This document shows positions 62,687 through 64,000 of a DNA stretch of 64,000 bases, one piece after another (positions within the stretch are counted from its first letter, which is position 1; every line of letters starts with the position of its first letter). A program made the translations under genes and the position numbers. Below the pieces are notes generated by a model, which was not told the DNA's origin, did not search any database, and saw only the letters and a list, made by a program, of their open reading frames with translations. Origin of the DNA: Octopus sinensis (lineage: Eukaryota); assembly GCF_006345805.1 (NCBI RefSeq), contig NW_021834370.1, positions 14,456 through 78,455 of the forward strand, read 5' to 3'.

Positions 62687-63240
62687 TGACTTTCCATGCT
62701 TGAGGAGACCTATTGAGCCAAGTAAAATCAAATCAAATCATAATTGCAATGAAATGGAAAGTGTAGTTTTGGCCGATACCAGTTCCGCTTGACTGGCTCC
62801 TGTGCTGGTGGCACGCAATAAGCATGGGTCGATGCCAGCCTCCCCACCCTGACTGGCCCCTGTGCTGGTGGCACATAAAAAGCACCATCTGAACATGGCC
62901 AATAAAGCACCCACTACACTCTCGGAGTGGTTGGCGTTAGGAAGGGCATCCAGCTGTAGAAACATTGCCAGATCAGATTGGAGCCTGGTGCAGCCTCCTG
63001 GCTTCCCAGACCCCAGTCAAACCGTCCAATCCATGCCAGCATGGTAAACGATGATGATGATGATGATTGTGGTAGTGGTGATTGTGATGATGATGATGAT
63101 AGTGGTGGTGATGGTGATGATGATGATAACATTCTCTCTCTCTCTCACTCTCTCTGCTTCTAGCACCGATGAACAGATCATACTCACCCTCGAGCCAGAC
63201 AAAAGGGTCAGCGTGGAAACCGACCAAGGTGTGGGATTCT
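1596..63240 (+). CDS. axo: Axotactin-like neurexin-superfamily (CNTNAP/Neurexin-IV-related) gene, internal part, 21 exons
   Basis: 21 AG/GT-bounded exons with consistent phases give about 1136 codons without a stop. Domain order is 5 LamG (last partial), 3 EGF and a fibrinogen-like domain after EGF1. The extra EGF-LamG module favours axotactin over Caspr/NrxIV. Symbol assigned from domain architecture and remembered motif similarity, not from a database search. Confidence 0.8.
2780..2957 (+). mobile_element. RTE LINE 3' tail fragment (repeat family E)
   Basis: matches the tail that follows the RTE ORFs at 43520-44100 and 60480-60640; ends in a (GAC/GAT)n tail. Confidence 0.8.
3597..4034 (-). 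repeat. 100-bp tandem repeat, about 4.5 copies (reverse complement of the 17201-20620 array)
   Basis: unit ccacattgaggtctccttccctcat...ttaacccttttgttaccatatttaggctattatttctagc. Confidence 0.9.
4039..5250. mobile_element. five tandem MITE family 1 copies separated by a short constant spacer
   Basis: repeated TTAA-CCCTTTTG...CAAAAGGG-TTAA units of about 250 bp with alternating variants. Confidence 0.85.
5261..5435. mobile_element. internally deleted MITE family 2 copy (175 bp)
   Basis: same TIRs and TTAA flanks as 1194-1501; about 130 bp missing internally. Confidence 0.85.
5517..5674 (+). CDS. exon 2, LamG1 ([14 protein letters not shown]...SVEMDKD)
   Basis: long T tract then tttcag|; |gtgagt; 158 nt, phase 0 to 2. 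Confidence 0.93.
7014..7440 (+). mobile_element. tRNA-headed SINE family A, full-length example. Other copies or fragments at about 6626-6790, 10618-10900, 21404-21786, 30175-30580, 50716-51115, 51267-51660, 52222-52395, 52434-52830, 53394-53790 (+) and 24459-25032, 36623-37075, 58232-58662 (-)
   Basis: A/B-box-like head (ggctgtgtggtaag...ggttcagtccc), ccttgggcaagtg core, internal (TA/TG)n tract, AAAAGAGT tail; more than 10 copies in the window. Confidence 0.88.
8830..9475. repeat. (GAT/GAC)n trinucleotide array
   Basis: direct reading; source of the poly-D/M/S ORFs. Confidence 0.97.
9797..10470. repeat. (ATT)n degenerate trinucleotide array
   Basis: direct reading. Confidence 0.97.
10940..12330 (+). 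mobile_element. degenerate RTE-type LINE C-terminal fragments, including a 148-bp tandem repeat at about 11713-12190
   Basis: translates as R.LRLSGHC.HH.ELEASK.V.W.P..G..RRG; unit starts at 11713, 11861, 12009, 12157. Confidence 0.7.
11245..11470 (-). mobile_element. CR1/L2-type LINE 3' end
   Basis: [22 protein letters not shown]...SFK motif, then short 3' UTR and (ATT)n tail. Confidence 0.8.
13861..15117 (+). mobile_element. defective mariner transposon with SINE insertion
   Basis: imperfect TIRs ttgggtcattccataaataatgc / gcattctttatgggttgacccaa with TA flanks; HTH (WFQK...DEPCPGRP) and HQDNA.PH...HPPYS.DIAPS.YHLF motifs broken by stops and a deletion. Confidence 0.92.
14358..14691 (-). 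mobile_element. tRNA-headed SINE family C (also 28584-28919 on -, 44666-45014 on +)
   Basis: head ggctcagtggttagagc...tcgaatcc, core gttcttgagcaaggcact, tail TTTACCC. Confidence 0.85.
15883..16268 (+). mobile_element. tRNA(Arg)-like-headed SINE family B (also 33471-33843 on +, 45826-46209 on -; head fragments 7981-8090, 51752-51879, 52923-53050 on -)
   Basis: head ggcccagtggttagggcagcggactcgcgg...ggtttcgattccc; the 33471 copy has a 9-bp TSD (tccacaacc). Confidence 0.88.
16363..16508 (+). CDS. exon 3, LamG1 ([10 protein letters not shown]...[12 protein letters not shown])
   Basis: ctccaccag|; |gtatgt; 146 nt, phase 2 to 1; LamG WH and YFGG motifs. Confidence 0.95.
16655..17200. mobile_element. 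two MITE family 1 copies, inverted relative to 4039-5250, with one 100-bp unit between them
   Basis: terminal ...ggtaacaaaagggTTAA and internal similarity to family 1. Confidence 0.82.
17201..20620 (+). repeat. 100-bp minisatellite, about 34 copies, with two interspersed unit variants
   Basis: period of 100 confirmed (ggtccctcta at 18841, 18941, 19041). Confidence 0.97.
20771..21090 (+). CDS. exon 4, end of LamG1 and start of LamG2 ([12 protein letters not shown]...LEFRT...LLYA)
   Basis: ttgcag|; |gttagt; 320 nt, phase 1 to 0. Confidence 0.95.
21150..21370 (+). repeat. unclassified interspersed repeat family F (also about 46964-47208 and 47318-47560)
   Basis: shared agccagctggaga...ctcctggggcta...gctacagtaacacccaccc.tagtggttag.catattgagatggc. 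Confidence 0.8.
22682..22818 (+). CDS. exon 5, LamG2 ([12 protein letters not shown]...[15 protein letters not shown])
   Basis: ttcttcag|; |gtaaga; 137 nt, phase 0 to 2; not shown in the ORF track. Confidence 0.92.
25065..25440. mobile_element. possible Helentron/HINE-like non-autonomous element
   Basis: aactagaaaatgcac start, aagtttcatcaaa and cacagacagac end motifs typical of such elements; pattern recognition only. Confidence 0.35.
25520..25623 (+). CDS. exon 6, LamG2 (VPSLTIDG...NIIIGYDFS)
   Basis: ttcacag|; |gtatgt; 104 nt, phase 2 to 1. Confidence 0.88.
26337..26573 (+). CDS. exon 7, end of LamG2 plus EGF1 (GFMGCIRNV...[28 protein letters not shown])
   Basis: catacag|; |gtaagt; 237 nt, phase 1 to 1; six-Cys EGF pattern. 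Confidence 0.96.
26780..27255 (-). mobile_element. deleted mariner transposase relic
   Basis: EEVK...LKGI...EF...[13 protein letters not shown]-terminus and [14 protein letters not shown] remnant. Confidence 0.75.
27256..28165. repeat. (ACT/ACC)n compound repeat with a roughly 45-50-bp higher-order unit
   Basis: repeated accacttctactattaccactaccaccaccaccattactact; ends about 35 nt before the exon 8 acceptor. Confidence 0.95.
28200..28446 (+). CDS. exon 8, fibrinogen-like domain ([35 protein letters not shown])
   Basis: ctccccag|; |gtgagc; 247 nt, phase 1 to 2; C...SG.Y..D.DG.GPL.P...C.M motif of the Caspr/axotactin family. Confidence 0.96.
30994..31086 (+). CDS. exon 9, fibrinogen-like domain ([25 protein letters not shown])
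   Basis: ttacag|; |gtaagg; 93 nt, phase 2 to 2; S..CEQ.I.Y.C motif. Confidence 0.93.
31608..32060 (-). mobile_element. RTE-type LINE 3' end (family G); further copies at about 42504-42790, 42835-43088, 43237-43495 on +
   Basis: [12 protein letters not shown]...[11 protein letters not shown]...LLWKP...RG...YPDVISRD...MMDREVWR, then a (TGA)n tail. Confidence 0.85.
32151..32335. mobile_element. TA-flanked fold-back MITE
   Basis: arms of about 85 bp are imperfect reverse complements. Confidence 0.7.
34210..34346 (+). CDS. exon 10, fibrinogen-like domain ([19 protein letters not shown])
   Basis: gtcccag|; |gtaagt; 137 nt, phase 2 to 1. Confidence 0.94.
34360..34800. repeat. (TC)-rich compound repeat directly after exon 10
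   Basis: direct reading. Confidence 0.95.
35770..35955 (+). mobile_element. Penelope-like/retrozyme-like short repeat embedded in (TA)n
   Basis: contains CTGACGA...CGAAACGT; shares the downstream ttcc.gagc.t..aata motif with copies at about 48020-48255, 58850-58950, 61950-62045 and 62170-62285. Confidence 0.6.
35830..35864 (+). ncRNA. minimal type I hammerhead ribozyme motif
   Basis: GUUU-CUGACGA-A-GAGC(UCC)GCUC-GAAA-CGUU-AAAC: stems I and II pair, and stem III is the self-complementary ACGU. Confidence 0.7.
36420..36621. repeat. perfect 77-bp inverted repeat with 48-nt spacer
   Basis: 36420-36496 is the exact reverse complement of 36545-36621, checked base by base. Confidence 0.95.
37235..37378 (+). 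CDS. exon 11, end of fibrinogen-like domain ([16 protein letters not shown]...LGPLKCWGD)
   Basis: catttcag|; |gtaagt; 144 nt, phase 1 to 1; W..D.G.I and LGPL.C.GD motifs; not shown in the ORF track. Confidence 0.94.
37520..37720. repeat. (CAC/CAT)n array
   Basis: direct reading. Confidence 0.9.
38152..38325 (+). CDS. exon 12, LamG3 ([11 protein letters not shown]...[15 protein letters not shown])
   Basis: tttccag|; |gtgagt; 174 nt, phase 1 to 1. Confidence 0.95.
38419..39742 (-). mobile_element. seven head-to-tail units of SINE-like family D (single copies or fragments at about 700-900, 8508-8655, 44358-44450, 50445-50577, 58132-58230, 61024-61250)
   Basis: tacctatttc starts at 38419, 38605, 38789, 38973, 39157, 39327, 39511; only the last unit keeps the 5' head. 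Confidence 0.9.
40070..40312 (-). mobile_element. mariner C-terminal relic
   Basis: FF..GI...[15 protein letters not shown] resembles the mariner C-terminus. Confidence 0.6.
40326..40652 (+). mobile_element. 3' half of a tRNA-Glu-like sequence fused to an RTE tail
   Basis: ccaggcggcccgggttcgattcccggcatgggaa followed by family E sequence. Confidence 0.65.
40963..41191 (+). CDS. exon 13, LamG3 ([12 protein letters not shown]...MYIGGAP)
   Basis: attttcag|; |gtaagt; 229 nt, phase 1 to 2. Confidence 0.95.
41240..42125 (+). repeat. 121-bp tandem repeat (about 5 near-identical plus 2 diverged units)
   Basis: ctagg at 41251, 41372, 41493, 41613, 41733, 41854, 41989. Confidence 0.95.
42389..42487 (+). 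CDS. exon 14, end of LamG3 ([13 protein letters not shown])
   Basis: ttttgtag|; |gtgagt; 99 nt, phase 2 to 2. Confidence 0.93.
43520..44660 (+). mobile_element. 5'-truncated RTE-clade LINE (ORF end plus 3' UTR) with a family D insertion
   Basis: VDSFRYLG...VMLHGSEIW...[12 protein letters not shown]...GRGRPRKT, then family E UTR and (GAT)n tail. Confidence 0.92.
45120..45620 (-). mobile_element. Tc1/mariner-superfamily transposase relic
   Basis: YVWQQ.SAPCHTS..TQ.W...NF...SPD.N.LDY.VW motif. Confidence 0.8.
46406..46548 (+). CDS. exon 15, EGF2 ([23 protein letters not shown]...C)
   Basis: tttgtag|; |gtaatt; 143 nt, phase 2 to 1; different frame from the ORF shown in the track. Confidence 0.95.
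46675..46945. repeat. (CAT)n array
   Basis: direct reading. Confidence 0.95.
47583..47834 (+). CDS. exon 16, LamG4 ([11 protein letters not shown]...VSFRT...[17 protein letters not shown])
   Basis: ttttccag|; |gtgact; 252 nt, phase 1 to 1. Confidence 0.95.
48800..49290. repeat. G-rich degenerate minisatellite (gggtcttct...gtgtggtggg)
   Basis: more than 15 degenerate units of about 20 bp. Confidence 0.85.
49363..49500 (+). CDS. exon 17, LamG4 ([14 protein letters not shown]...EPLEKK)
   Basis: cttccag|; donor aag|gtgtct is weak but in phase with exon 18, and an in-frame TAG follows shortly. 5' end firm, 3' end less certain. Confidence 0.8.
49596..50145. repeat. unclassified interspersed repeat, probably a LINE 3' UTR on the minus strand
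   Basis: non-coding complex sequence abutting an (ATT)n tract. Confidence 0.4.
50560..53790 (+). repeat. nested tandem duplications (about 550 bp and about 1170 bp) of SINE-rich sequence
   Basis: near-identical blocks offset by 1168-1172 bp; three SINE A copies share private variants. Confidence 0.9.
54481..54648 (+). CDS. exon 18, end of LamG4 (HLYVGGVP...[12 protein letters not shown])
   Basis: catttcag|; |gtgagt; 168 nt, phase 1 to 1. Confidence 0.93.
55000..58130 (+). repeat. RTE 3' tail expanded into a 62-bp array (about 19 copies, 55050-56240) and a 106-bp array (about 17 copies, 56270-58085)
   Basis: periods measured directly; both units are colinear pieces of family E, and the normal (GAT)n tail follows. 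Confidence 0.96.
59207..59344 (+). CDS. exon 19, EGF3 ([17 protein letters not shown]...[13 protein letters not shown])
   Basis: tgtttcag|; |gtaagt; 138 nt, phase 1 to 1. Confidence 0.95.
59365..60990. repeat. 21-bp-period degenerate minisatellite interrupted by an RTE insertion
   Basis: gtgcatttt-like motifs at 59409, 59577, 59743 (168 = 8x21); similar sequence resumes after 60640. Confidence 0.8.
59938..60640 (-). mobile_element. RTE LINE 3' end (ORF end plus UTR)
   Basis: [29 protein letters not shown], then family E UTR and tail. Confidence 0.9.
61306..61465 (+). CDS. exon 20, start of LamG5 ([16 protein letters not shown]...LFVSFAT)
   Basis: cgtgcag|; |gtgagt; 160 nt, phase 1 to 2. 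Confidence 0.9.
62318..63065. mobile_element. two RTE 3' tails in opposite orientation (62318-62650 on -, 62690-63065 on +)
   Basis: family E sequence on both strands around a (TA)n spacer. Confidence 0.88.
63164..63240 (+). CDS. exon 21, LamG5 ([25 protein letters not shown])
   Basis: cttctag|; |gtaagt; 77 nt, phase 2 to 1. Confidence 0.88.
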
Positions 63241-64000
63241 GTAAGTTTTCTATCTTTCCTCTAACGTTCTCTTGTTTTCATTTTCTCTTCCCAAAGATTA
63301 TTTGGTTGTTGGTCATCACATGTACTGAAACGGAGAGACCCTTCGTCCCGTTCCCTTGACCCCCCACCCCATCCCCTCCACTCTACTGTCGACAGACTGC
63401 GGCATCACATGGTCCCGTTGCACACTTAAACCCCCGCTATCTCACTATCTTTGCCTCTGTGTGTGTGTGTGTGTGTGTGCACACGTATGTGTGTGTGTGC
63501 ACACGTATGTGTGTGTGTGCACACGTATGTGTGTGTGTGCACACGTATGTGTGTGTGTGTGTGCACACGTATGTGTGTGTATCTATCTGTGTCTTTGCTC
63601 ATATATTGGAATATATGGATGTAGATATATACATGTATATATGTGTGTGTATATATATATGTATATATATACATATGCATATATATATGTATGTGTATAT
63701 ATATATGTGTGTGTGTGTATATATATATATTTAAAGTATATACATATATACACACATATATATATACGTATGTAATGTATATACATATATATATATATTT
63801 AAATAGATATGTAAACATGTACACACGTATATAAATATGTATGTATATAAGTGTGTGAGTTGCGTGTATTTGTGTGTGTGTGTGAGATTTTTCAGTGTTG
63901 AAAAGTGATTGTCGCCCTCACATTTTCTGATCCTAACATCTCACCCACCCCCCACACACACACACTCTTGCCTCAACACTCCCTTTTCATCAACTCAAAA

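Overview
Eukaryotic genomic DNA, almost certainly an octopus (coleoid cephalopod). This is inferred from the very high (TA)n/(CA)n/(GAT)n microsatellite load and the tRNA-headed SINE and RTE repeat families. The window is the middle of one plus-strand gene. I traced 21 GT-AG exons by hand (1596-63240, 3408 nt, about 1136 codons) that join in one uninterrupted reading frame with matching phases. They encode LamG-LamG-EGF-fibrinogen-like-LamG-EGF-LamG-EGF-LamG(partial), a neurexin-superfamily adhesion protein whose architecture fits axotactin better than Caspr/Neurexin-IV. The N-terminus and transmembrane region lie outside the window. About 95% of the window is intron, filled with SINEs, RTE/CR1/RLE LINE fragments, mariner/Tc1 relics, TTAA-flanked MITEs and tandem arrays grown out of those elements. 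Most ORFs in the supplied track are microsatellite artefacts. Best leads: (1) an intact minimal hammerhead-ribozyme motif in a Penelope-like repeat on the sense strand of an intron, plus variant copies; (2) a candidate 9-nt in-frame microexon; (3) a duplicated splice acceptor that would give a truncated, potentially secreted isoform; (4) a perfect 77-bp inverted repeat; (5) a MITE plus 100-bp satellite composite present in inverted orientation on both sides of two exons; (6) repeated conversion of retroposon pieces into tandem arrays at short microhomologies. All coordinates were counted by hand, and repeat boundaries are approximate.
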